A DNA stretch of 64,000 nucleotides, from the IMG/VR virus record IMGVR_UViG_3300029258_004380, positions 3,558 to 67,557 of that record; one strand, written 5' to 3'. Source of the stretch: a virus. How positions within the stretch are numbered: position 1 is the stretch's first letter; the number at the start of each line of letters is the position of its first letter. The notes beneath the pieces are model-generated. The model made no database searches. It was given only the letters and a program-made list of their open reading frames with translations, and was not told where the DNA came from. The position numbers and the translations under genes are program-made. This document shows, in pieces, positions 56,164 through 64,000 of this stretch.

Positions 56164-57287
56164 CTACGAACCTCCTGAAACTGTTTTTGTGGTATCGCCT
56201 GCCAGGAGCACCGCCGCAAGATCGCCACGAATTTCTCTGCGCTGCCCCCCTCGCCAAACGGGTAGTTTGGCTTGACCGCTTTGGGTAGGGCAGCCATTGC
56301 CATCAAGATTTCGTTTTCGTTCTCGTCCACATGGACCACCGCCGGGCTGTCACCCCGGTTGCGCTGCCGAGTGCCGAGATTGATCGCGGGCACCCCGTAA
56401 ACGGGCGCCTCGCGAATCCCGCTGCTGGAGTTGCCCAGCACAAACTGGGCGTGCTTGAGCAACGAAAGGTAATACTCAAACCGCATCGAGGGATAGATGC
56501 GAAACCGCCCCCAACAGTCGGGCATCAGCATCTCGGAGATCGCCCGGCGGATCACCTCCGCGCCGGGATCGTTGTTAGGCTGAATCACCACATAACTGTG
56601 GGTCGACTCCACCATCGCCATCAGAACCTCGCCGATTTTGTCAGGCAGGTCCGCCAGTTCGTCGGAGACGGAGTGGTAGCAGAAGATGGCATACTGGTCG
56701 AACGGGATCGAATACCGCTGCTTAACCTTCTCGATCTCAGGCAGCGAGCCGAGCATCACGTCCACCTCCGGGGAGCCGATCTGGTGGATCGACCGGGGGT
56801 CCTCACCCATCTGCTCGACGCGGTTCTGGGCCTCCCGGTTGGCCACAAAGTGCATGTGTGAGAGTTTGGTCACTGCGTGGCGGACGACCTCGTCGATGGT
56901 GCCGGAGAGTTCTCCGCCCTCAATGTGTGCCACCGGCACGCCGCAGGCGTTGCCCACAATCGCCCCGGCCAGGGCCTCCATGCGATCGCCGTGAATCACG
57001 ATCAGCTGCGGGCGGACCTCGCAGACGTATTTCGACAGCCCCGAGACGGTCTCGGCCAACACCAGTTCGGGCCGGTTCTGCTCGGCCGTCTGGTTAAAGC
57101 ACAAGAAGAGGTTGCTGAAATCGCACTTGCGGATCTCCAAATAGGTCTCGCCGTGCGCAGCCAGCAGGTGCATCCCAGTAGCAAAGACATACTCCACCAG
57201 CGTGGGGTCGTCGTGGACGGCGCGGATCAGCGGCTTGAGCTTGCCGAAATCGGCGCGGGTACCGGTGATAAACAGGATCTTGCGCAT
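56160..57287 (-). CDS. neuC: UDP-GlcNAc 2-epimerase (hydrolysing), SiaA type
   Basis: ILFITGTRADFGKLKPL, HGDR.EALAGA, HIEGGELSGTID, IGSP, PNND.G. Confidence 0.93.
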   Translation of the reverse strand: MRKILFITGTRADFGKLKPLIRAVHDDPTLVEYVFATGMHLLAAHGETYLEIRKCDFSNLFLCFNQTAEQNRPELVLAETVSGLSKYVCEVRPQLIVIHGDRMEALAGAIVGNACGVPVAHIEGGELSGTIDEVVRHAVTKLSHMHFVANREAQNRVEQMGEDPRSIHQIGSPEVDVMLGSLPEIEKVKQRYSIPFDQYAIFCYHSVSDELADLPDKIGEVLMAMVESTHSYVVIQPNNDPGAEVIRRAISEMLMPDCWGRFRIYPSMRFEYYLSLLKHAQFVLGNSSSGIREAPVYGVPAINLGTRQRNRGDSPAVVHVDENENEILMAMAALPKAVKPNYPFGEGGSAEKFVAILRRCSWQAIPQKQFQEVRR

Positions 57288-58327
57288 CAGGCGATCATGT
57301 CCCAGGTGAGTTGCATGTCGGCGGGGATGACGCAGGCGGCTGTTCGCCCGTAGACCTGATCCAGATCGTCGGCCTGCAGCGGCCCAGTCCCCGGCCGCTT
57401 TACCCAGACGTTATGGCGGTCGAGGAGTTCTCCCTCGGCAATCTCCCGAGTGCTCACCACCGAGGCAAAGGCAAACTCGGCAACGGACTCCTCCTCCGGC
57501 AGTACGTTCTTGCCCGAACCAATGGCGGTGTACGCCTGCTGTACTCCATCAACCAGATCCCGCATCTGCTGGGGGTTGGCCGAAACGGGGATGTCGGGGC
57601 CAGAGAGCCACGACGAGCAGGTAAAATGCTTCTCGATGATGCTCGCTCCCATCCCCACAGCGGCAAAGGCGGCGTAGTTGTTGGTAGTGTGATCGCTGAG
57701 GCCCACCACGGCGTCGGGGAATCTCTTGCGCAGAAACTCCATTCCCCGCAGGTGGACCTTGTCGACCGGCGTGGGATAGATCGAGGTACACTGCAGCAGC
57801 GCAAACGGCACCTTGGCCTCGCGGAGGATCTCCACCGAGCGGGCCACCGACGGCAGGTTGTTCATCCCCGTAGAGAGGATCACCGGCTTGCCGAAACCGG
57901 CGATGTGCCTGACCAGCGGCCGGTTGTTACACTCGCCGCTGCCGATCTTGAACGCCTCTACGCTCATCCGGGCAAGCCGCAACGCCGCCTCGGCAGAGAA
58001 GGGCGTGCTCAGGTAGATCATCCCCTCCCGCTCGACCAGCTGCTTGAAATGAAAATCCTCAGCTTGGCTAAGCGAGCAGCGGTCAATCAGAGAATAGACA
58101 TCCTCGCCCGTTCCAGTTATGACTTTCTTGGCGTGCGGGGACATCTCCTTATCGGCGATGTGGCACTGAAATTTTACACACTCGCAGCCGCAGCCCTTGG
58201 CGGCGCGGACCATGTCAGTGGCGAGATCCAGATGGCCTCGGTGGTTGATGCCAATCTCGGCGATTACCAAAGGCGAGTAGCCAGAGCCGACGTAACGGCG
58301 TCCGAGTCGCAAGAAATTGGCTGTCAT
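57287..58327 (-). CDS. neuB: N-acetylneuraminate synthase, SiaC type
   Basis: IAEIGINH, STPFS, KIGSGECNN, GLSDHT, EKHFT, FAFASVV...WVKRPG. Confidence 0.95.
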   Translation of the reverse strand: MTANFLRLGRRYVGSGYSPLVIAEIGINHRGHLDLATDMVRAAKGCGCECVKFQCHIADKEMSPHAKKVITGTGEDVYSLIDRCSLSQAEDFHFKQLVEREGMIYLSTPFSAEAALRLARMSVEAFKIGSGECNNRPLVRHIAGFGKPVILSTGMNNLPSVARSVEILREAKVPFALLQCTSIYPTPVDKVHLRGMEFLRKRFPDAVVGLSDHTTNNYAAFAAVGMGASIIEKHFTCSSWLSGPDIPVSANPQQMRDLVDGVQQAYTAIGSGKNVLPEEESVAEFAFASVVSTREIAEGELLDRHNVWVKRPGTGPLQADDLDQVYGRTAACVIPADMQLTWDMIA

Positions 58328-58339
58328 CGGTTCCTCCGT

Positions 58340-59188
58340 TCAATTGGGTTTGCTGCCGAGAATGTCGCGCCACGCAGGAGAGGTCCGCGAGATCCAGTTG
58401 AGAAGTTTCTGGCAAGCCTCTGCGTCCAGCCCCTCCAGGCTGCGAAAGGCCGCTGCTGCTGCCGAGATCAACCAGTCCTGCTTGGGTGGGCAGTATTTGA
58501 CGATTCCCTTGATCTGCCCGGTGTACATCTTGCGGTACCAGTCCGCATCGCGAGCGGAGGACGGAAAGACTTGGTGCTCGTGGTGCGTCTTCAGCACCCT
58601 GGCGTATCGCCCGCCGTGGTTTTCGACCAGAGCCCGAAAGACCAAGTCCTCGTTGCGGTAGAGGTACCCATCATCCTCGATCTTGTGTAGAAACGGGGCA
58701 AAGGCGCTGCGGCGGGCCAGCTGGCTGCCGCTGTAGGGCCTTGCAGCAGCGTTCTGCGCGGCGGCTACGGTCTTGGCCCCCGTCCGCAGATCGTGCCACA
58801 CCCGACCACACTCCATAAACTCCGCCAGCGACGAGTGGGCCCACATCACGTCGTACCAGCCGCCAACCACCCGCACGTCGGCGTGCAGATAGACGAACCA
58901 CTCCGAACTGACACACTCGATCAGTTCGGCGATGCAGTAACCCAGCGACCTGTAACACCGCTGGTCAAGAACCGTCATCCTCGGGTAGGGACGAGAAAGC
59001 AGCCAGTAGCTATCGTTGATTTCGCAGTTGCCGATCAGCAGACGACGGATGGGGATCTCGGCGTAGTGGAATTTCAGGTTGTTGTGAAACTCCAGCGGCG
59101 GCTGCCCTTTCATGGGGATGATCACGTCCACCCCCACGTCGGAGGTCAGGTAGCGGTCCTTCTCCAGCGGCGAGTTGAGTCTGTTCAT
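58340..59188 (-). CDS. GT-A (GT2-like) glycosyltransferase
   Basis: VDVIIP, EWFVYLHADV, RNEDL. Confidence 0.65.
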   Translation of the reverse strand: MNRLNSPLEKDRYLTSDVGVDVIIPMKGQPPLEFHNNLKFHYAEIPIRRLLIGNCEINDSYWLLSRPYPRMTVLDQRCYRSLGYCIAELIECVSSEWFVYLHADVRVVGGWYDVMWAHSSLAEFMECGRVWHDLRTGAKTVAAAQNAAARPYSGSQLARRSAFAPFLHKIEDDGYLYRNEDLVFRALVENHGGRYARVLKTHHEHQVFPSSARDADWYRKMYTGQIKGIVKYCPPKQDWLISAAAAAFRSLEGLDAEACQKLLNWISRTSPAWRDILGSKPN

Positions 59189-60438
59189 AGAAAAGTCACC
59201 TTTCCCTCGGCCACCAGTTCCGAAAAAATCTCGTGCTCGCGGTGGTAATTCTGCCCAGTGGCAAAAGGCTTGTTGGGAGCGTAGTAGTGGCAAGGACCAC
59301 GATCATCGGGTTTGCCAAAACCGACCAGCGAGATCACTTGGTTAGGAAAGCGGTCCATCGCCTTGTAGGTGGCAATCAGACCAGTGGAGGGCCCCTTGAC
59401 CTTGGCATGCAAACGCCGCTCCACCCTGGCGGGCGTAAGTTCGATCTTCCGCTGCGCAGATGGGTCGATGGGACGAAACCACTGTAAAAACTGAAAGAAC
59501 TCCTCACGGTTCTTGACCGTGCTAAACGGTATCCAGATCGCCTCCAAGGTGGGAAGAAAGTCGGCGAGATCCACCCCGTACTGTTGGCAAAAATTTCGCA
59601 GCTTGAAATTGGCGCCGTTCCAGGTGGAAAGCGCCCAGCAGTCGGTCCTCCGCCCCACGTCTACCTCAAACCCCTGCGTGATGAACGAGTTGCAGCGAAC
59701 GACCAGATCGTGGGCGTCGATCTGCTCGCCCAACCCCCGCCCGAGCAGTTCCGCCGAATTGCCGACGATGATGATTGACCCCTGCGATCTCCCAGAGGCG
59801 GGAGCGCCCCGCAACAAGTACCCGTTAGTGATCAGCCACTCTCGATACGTCTGCTCGATAGCCCCCACAATTTCCTCGGAGAGGGTTTTTTGGTAAGTGC
59901 CCGTGCCCCCATCGGTGAAATGGTTGGGGTGGAGCATGGTCACCGGGTCGATCACGTCGCCAGGGCGGAGTTCCTCAACCTGCCGATTCACCCGCTCAGC
60001 GTCGCACTCCACGCCCAGAACCTTGGCGATCTCGACGATAGCGAGAGGCTTGTCGCGGATCATCTCCTCGTAGGAGACCAGGAGGTCGGCGCGAGGTGAC
60101 CAACCGCGAGACTCGTGGCGGATAAGCGTGCGTAAGAACTCGATCACCGCCGACATGTCGTGGGCAACCAGCCCCATGCGGACGGCGGAGGCAGCAACGT
60201 CCCGCAGGTCCCGGCGGGTGGTGAGGACGTAGTCACCAAGTTCCTCCCACTGCGGATCGTAGCGGTGGATCTTGAGGATGTGCACAGGAGCCGGATTGGC
60301 GGGGTTGTAGTCCCCAGTAGCGAAAGAACAGTAAATGTCGCGGTTGTCGTTGAGATAGATGAAACGGACCACGTTGTAGAGCCACGTACTCCCAGCACGG
60401 TGCATTCCGGCGCAAAGTATCCTCAGTGGTCGCTCCAT
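59185..60438 (-). CDS. sulfotransferase-GT29 sialyltransferase-like fusion
   Basis: GMHRAGSTW and RDLRDVAAS; sialylmotif L IVGNS...IDAHDLVVRCN...DVGRRT, S motif PSTG...LVGF, HYY. Confidence 0.85.
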   Translation of the reverse strand: MERPLRILCAGMHRAGSTWLYNVVRFIYLNDNRDIYCSFATGDYNPANPAPVHILKIHRYDPQWEELGDYVLTTRRDLRDVAASAVRMGLVAHDMSAVIEFLRTLIRHESRGWSPRADLLVSYEEMIRDKPLAIVEIAKVLGVECDAERVNRQVEELRPGDVIDPVTMLHPNHFTDGGTGTYQKTLSEEIVGAIEQTYREWLITNGYLLRGAPASGRSQGSIIIVGNSAELLGRGLGEQIDAHDLVVRCNSFITQGFEVDVGRRTDCWALSTWNGANFKLRNFCQQYGVDLADFLPTLEAIWIPFSTVKNREEFFQFLQWFRPIDPSAQRKIELTPARVERRLHAKVKGPSTGLIATYKAMDRFPNQVISLVGFGKPDDRGPCHYYAPNKPFATGQNYHREHEIFSELVAEGKVTFL

Positions 60439-61089
60439 CTACGCTTCTCCCAAAATAGTGATCTGTCCCTCGTGGTGTAATCTCTGCAAAACCGCCCACT
60501 CGGCGCTGTAGTCGTGCACCGTGCGATATTCCTGAGGCTCTTGGCAGGGCCGCTCAAAATAGTGGGCATGCTCGGCTGGCGCGTCAAAGACAAGATAGTC
60601 GTACTTGCCGCCGCCGGGTTGTCTCCGGGGGATTTCCCGAATCGGCCCAAACCCAGTCACCGACACCCGCCCCGCACCATAGCGGGCAATCGCCAGTAGC
60701 ACAGCGAAAAATCCGTGCGAGGAGTGACCTACCAACTCCTCGGCCTGCGCGACTATCTGAGGGTCCGGAGGACGGAGTGGTGGCAGTGGTCCTACCATCT
60801 CGGCAAAGGCATCTCGCAATTCCGCCGACGGCGGCTTGGGGCGAAACCAGATCTCCGAGAGCGACTGCACGAAACCGAAACCTCCGCTGGCCGAGAAGAC
60901 GGCCCGCAGGCGTGGGAGCACATCCATCCGCAGGGAGACGCACCAGATGTCAGTGCGCTGGCCGACGTGCTTGACAAACCCCCGCGTGACAAAACTGTTG
61001 CATCGAATCACCAGAGCGTGGGCGTCGATGGTATGTCCCAGCTGCTTGTCCAACAGAGATCTCGCGTTTCCCACCACCACCACACTCAT
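60439..61089 (-). CDS. GT29 sialyltransferase
   Basis: VVGNA...IDAH.LVIRCN...HVGQRT; SSHG...VTGF; HYF; HDYSAE. Confidence 0.85.
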   Translation of the reverse strand: MSVVVVGNARSLLDKQLGHTIDAHALVIRCNSFVTRGFVKHVGQRTDIWCVSLRMDVLPRLRAVFSASGGFGFVQSLSEIWFRPKPPSAELRDAFAEMVGPLPPLRPPDPQIVAQAEELVGHSSHGFFAVLLAIARYGAGRVSVTGFGPIREIPRRQPGGGKYDYLVFDAPAEHAHYFERPCQEPQEYRTVHDYSAEWAVLQRLHHEGQITILGEA

Positions 61090-61769
61090 GCCAGCCCCAA
61101 GCACCTCGCCAGCCGCTCGCCCCGCTGCCAGTCCTCCTCGGTGTCGATGTCGATCCACCGCAACGGGTCGGTCTCCACCACGCCCACGCGACCCCCAATC
61201 ACGTACGACATCACAGGCAGCCGCAACCGGTCGAGCACGTAGACCGCCGAGTCCTGCACCCACTGCGGCGCCCAGTCCTTTGACCAGGGCAGACCACCAT
61301 TAGCGCCCTTAATTAGGGGATGGTTGACCACCTCCCCGTCTCTGTCGCGGAGCACAAACCTCGCGGGCCAGCCGGAGTAGACCGAGTCAAACTTTCCTAG
61401 AGCGTGCAGTTCGACCGCGCGGTAGATGGTACGGTAATCCATCAGCGGGCTGGTCGGCTGCAAATAAATAATATGATGCTGCGACCCCCGCTGCTGGAAA
61501 AAGAACCGCGCCACCTCGGCCAACGGCGTATTGCCCTTAGCCAACTCGGGAGGCTCCTTGAGTACGGCCGCGCCCATGGTGCGGGCCTCCTTGGAGATCG
61601 CCCCTGAGTCGGTAACCACCGTCGGGGAAAAGCCCGCCACTAAGGCATTACGGATCGACCAGTGGATCAGCGGTCGTCCGGCGAATTTTCTTAGGTTCTT
61701 GCCCTCGACCCTCGTGGACCCGCCTCGGGCAGGAATCATCAGTCGGTAGTCGTCTTTATTGATTGTCAC
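61086..61769 (-). CDS. neuA: CMP-N-acylneuraminate synthetase
   Basis: IPARGGSTRV.GKN, LQPTSPL, IDIDTEED. Confidence 0.93.
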   Translation of the reverse strand: MTINKDDYRLMIPARGGSTRVEGKNLRKFAGRPLIHWSIRNALVAGFSPTVVTDSGAISKEARTMGAAVLKEPPELAKGNTPLAEVARFFFQQRGSQHHIIYLQPTSPLMDYRTIYRAVELHALGKFDSVYSGWPARFVLRDRDGEVVNHPLIKGANGGLPWSKDWAPQWVQDSAVYVLDRLRLPVMSYVIGGRVGVVETDPLRWIDIDTEEDWQRGERLARCLGLA

Positions 61770-62454
61770 TGTTCGGTTTCTGCACGTAGTAAACAGCCGA
61801 CTGCTGGCCGTACTCGGTCAGCAGCAGTTCGAGGCCGCAGTCGTTGAGGATCTCGGCGAATTGCTCATCACCGTAGCTGGTCATACTCATCGCGTTGCGC
61901 TCGTAGTCCTTCGTTTTGGGCCGAAACCTCTGGGGGTCGCCCTCCTCGTAGATGCGAACCTGGAAGATCGCCGTCCCGCCAGGGACCAGCAGATCGTGGG
62001 CCAGCCGCACCACCCGCAGCCCGTACGCCTGGCTGGGCACGTGCTGCAGCACGGAGACGGTCAGAAAGAAATCCACCGCCGGGATTGACGCCAGGACTAG
62101 CTCTGGCCGTGAGACCTCAGTCAACACGGGTTCAAACCCGACGAAACCACACTGCTGCGCCCGTCGATCAGCCTCCTTGAGGTTCTCCAGCGATACATCC
62201 ACGCCGTAGATCGCCTCAAACCGCCCAGCAAAGGCAACCACGTTGGCGCCGCCACCGCAGCCGTACTCGCACATGCGCACCTGCCGCATGTCGCCGGCGA
62301 GATCTCGCAGGCAGTCGTAGCGGCGGAGGTTCTTTTGCCCCAAGGCATACCAGTGGGCGGGGTCCTTCCAGCGACCGTAGCCCCGCCAGTGGCTCCAGGC
62401 CCGCCGCCGGGCGTCGTCGCGGTTCCAGAACTGTTGGGCCTCGTCGTGTAACAT
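61756..62454 (-). CDS. class I SAM-dependent methyltransferase
   Basis: GAGGAG-ATG at 62454; EYGCGGG, GVDVS, VLQH.P, L.PGG. Confidence 0.88.
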   Translation of the reverse strand: MLHDEAQQFWNRDDARRRAWSHWRGYGRWKDPAHWYALGQKNLRRYDCLRDLAGDMRQVRMCEYGCGGGANVVAFAGRFEAIYGVDVSLENLKEADRRAQQCGFVGFEPVLTEVSRPELVLASIPAVDFFLTVSVLQHVPSQAYGLRVVRLAHDLLVPGGTAIFQVRIYEEGDPQRFRPKTKDYERNAMSMTSYGDEQFAEILNDCGLELLLTEYGQQSAVYYVQKPNSDNQ

Positions 62455-62473
62455 GCCGCTCTCCTCACCAGTT

Positions 62474-62505
62474 ATTATACGATGTATTCCGAAATCCATT
62501 GTGAA
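62474..62505 (-). promoter_or_regulatory. promoter for the sialic-acid operon with operator-like motif
   Basis: CAATggATTTCggAATACAT-cg-TATAAT in an AT-rich patch 20 nt before the ATG. Confidence 0.65.
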
Positions 62506-62549
62506 AAACTTTCCAGGGGCTACAGATGGTAAACTGGGTAAGCTGGGGG

Positions 62550-63242
62550 TCACCCAGCCAGCAGGTCGCGGCGGGGTAGGTGGTAGGGTGGCAGGTCGTC
62601 ATGGTAAAGGTTGCTATCGACTAGGTTTACGCCCCCGGCCCGCAGCAAGGCAAAGCCCTCCCACATCCGCCTCCGAAAGTCTTCGTCCCCCAGCCAGGGT
62701 GTTGGCGCAGCATCGGGCGGATCGTAGAAATGCAACACCGCGCCCGGCGGACCGTACTCGCAGGCAAACACACGAATCTCCGCCCGGGAGCAGAGGGTGT
62801 AGGCGAGGTTGGCCGCACCAGTCAAGGAACTACCTGCCTGAAGCATGGGCAGATCCAAGCTGTCCGAGATCGGCCGGTGTCGTTCGGCATAGTAGCCCCG
62901 CAGAAATCTGGTTACTGGAAACCCCGCGTCGGTCAGCAAACGTTTGATCCGCTCGTCGCTGTCGCGGCAGTTGACGTAGCGGGTGGCCATCCGGCGTCGC
63001 AGCCGGGCGTCAGTCCGCAGCAGGTGGAACACCTGCCGAGCGCTGTCAACGGCAGAGTCGCCCCAACAATCCATCTGCGCCCAGTGTGTGGGACAAAAGC
63101 CAGCCTGCCGGTAGTGCAGCGGAAAGCGATTTACACAGAACACGTACTCGGCAGAGTCGAGATGCCGACGCTGAGCAGAACTGAGATAAGAGACCTGCGG
63201 AGAGCAGCCAGCCACGTAGATGATCGGGCGATCAGTAGTCAC
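62550..63242 (-). CDS. Maf/DUF115-like putative nonulosonate transferase, paralogue 2
   Basis: YVAGCS, VFCVN, PT.W..MD, SSL..A.NLA, EI.V..C.Y, HFYD. Confidence 0.6.
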   Translation of the reverse strand: MTTDRPIIYVAGCSPQVSYLSSAQRRHLDSAEYVFCVNRFPLHYRQAGFCPTHWAQMDCWGDSAVDSARQVFHLLRTDARLRRRMATRYVNCRDSDERIKRLLTDAGFPVTRFLRGYYAERHRPISDSLDLPMLQAGSSLTGAANLAYTLCSRAEIRVFACEYGPPGAVLHFYDPPDAAPTPWLGDEDFRRRMWEGFALLRAGGVNLVDSNLYHDDLPPYHLPRRDLLAG

Positions 63243-64000
63243 GAATGATCCAGCCGACCACGTAGTAGGGCGGGCGGTTGTCGGTGTTGGAGTGATTGTA
63301 GAAATCGTCCCCGCCGTTGGTCGCCAAGCAGGTGACGCCCGTGGTCCAGAATTCAGTGTCAGCATCCCAGACCTTGACGTTGGCCGCCACACCATCGTGG
63401 GCCACATCCACGTCCGTCTTAGTGACGGCATCTGCAGCGTGCCGATGATTGTCGTGATTCGCGTGCCCGTTTTCCGAGTCGCCGTGGACGGCATACCCGC
63501 CGGTGTCGCCGATAGAGTCCAGGTCGGTGGCCCCGCCGCTGTGTACGCCGGTGAGAAACCTACCCCGCAGGTCGGGCGTGCCCTCAGTGCCGTCACACAG
63601 CCGCCAACCCAGCGTGATACTGTTGATATGGCCCGCCCACGGGCGGAGGGTGCCAAAGGGAGCATCAACGGGGTCGCTGAGACAGGCGTACTCGCCCTCG
63701 TCGTCCTCGCCGTACACAAGCACGTCGTCCTCGAACACCGAGGGGGCGCGGGACTGGGGCACGCAGAGGTGAATCTCGAACGTGTCGCCGGCAGGGCTGC
63801 TGCCGTCAGAGTTGCATTTCTTTACGGGGATGTCGCCCCCGATGGTGTTGCAGTAAGACTGCACCAGACAGTATTGCGCCGGGTAACTGCGGTCGAACAG
63901 CCCGTAGCGGGGTGAAAAGGCGGCGCCGTGAGTGCCGGTAAAGTGGGCGCAGACCACGTCCCCGACCTTGGGCGCGGTAGTCGGTGGAGCGAAAGAGACC
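63232..64000 (-). CDS. tail fibre/collar-like structural protein, 5'-partial
   Basis: P.GT...W.G...GWRLCDGTEGTPDLRGRFL.G...GDTGG; terminal NRPPYYVVGWII. Confidence 0.75.
   Translation of the reverse strand, partial: VSFAPPTTAPKVGDVVCAHFTGTHGAAFSPRYGLFDRSYPAQYCLVQSYCNTIGGDIPVKKCNSDGSSPAGDTFEIHLCVPQSRAPSVFEDDVLVYGEDDEGEYACLSDPVDAPFGTLRPWAGHINSITLGWRLCDGTEGTPDLRGRFLTGVHSGGATDLDSIGDTGGYAVHGDSENGHANHDNHRHAADAVTKTDVDVAHDGVAANVKVWDADTEFWTTGVTCLATNGGDDFYNHSNTDNRPPYYVVGWIIRDY

Noticed and set aside
57311-58690. 459-aa plus-strand ORF
   Set aside because: Antisense shadow of neuB
62455-62553. Longer start for the methyltransferase at 62553
   Set aside because: The segment holds a TATAAT promoter and a strong RBS before ATG 62454
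54402-63242. Sugar genes as a DNA hypermodification system
   Set aside because: No hydroxymethylase, TET or DNA-glycosyltransferase is in the window and the transferase families act on glycans or proteins; disfavoured but not excluded
1-64000. Genome-wide stop-codon reassignment (code 4, 15 or 25)
   Set aside because: TGA and TAG clearly terminate many genes (ATGA overlaps, TAGGAG junctions), and no long conserved gene contains an internal stop
1-64000. CRISPR array, DGR/retron, intron or IS element
   Set aside because: No regularly spaced repeats, reverse transcriptase or transposase seen

Overview
This is a 64-kb segment of a large, GC-rich dsDNA phage or prophage, probably of a Planctomycetota host (host-like rimI; DUF1257/DUF2997/DUF3150-type module). 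There are two convergent arms meeting at 17970/17971. The + arm (1-17970) carries small early/accessory genes, an atypical tRNA-Trp, serine-recombinase paralogues, HNH-like proteins and an N4/N6 DNA methyltransferase. The - arm (17971-64000) carries a full replication/recombination set (UDG-fused PolA, clamp, primase, two helicases, SSB, RecA, SbcCD, resolvase, 5'-3' exonuclease), nucleotide metabolism (ThyX, dCMP deaminase), two sigma-like factors and an RNAP alpha-CTD-like protein. The most striking feature is a phage-borne sialic-acid system (NeuC/NeuB/NeuA, NanA, two GT29 sialyltransferase-like domains with one fused to a sulfotransferase, two Maf/DUF115-like transferases, a GT2 and a methyltransferase) directly downstream of a tail-fibre-like gene. 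A second, broken legionaminic-acid cluster lies nearby. Seven small ORFs contain eight in-frame TGA/TAG codons while all core genes are intact. Product calls rest on motif recognition by eye, not on database searches.
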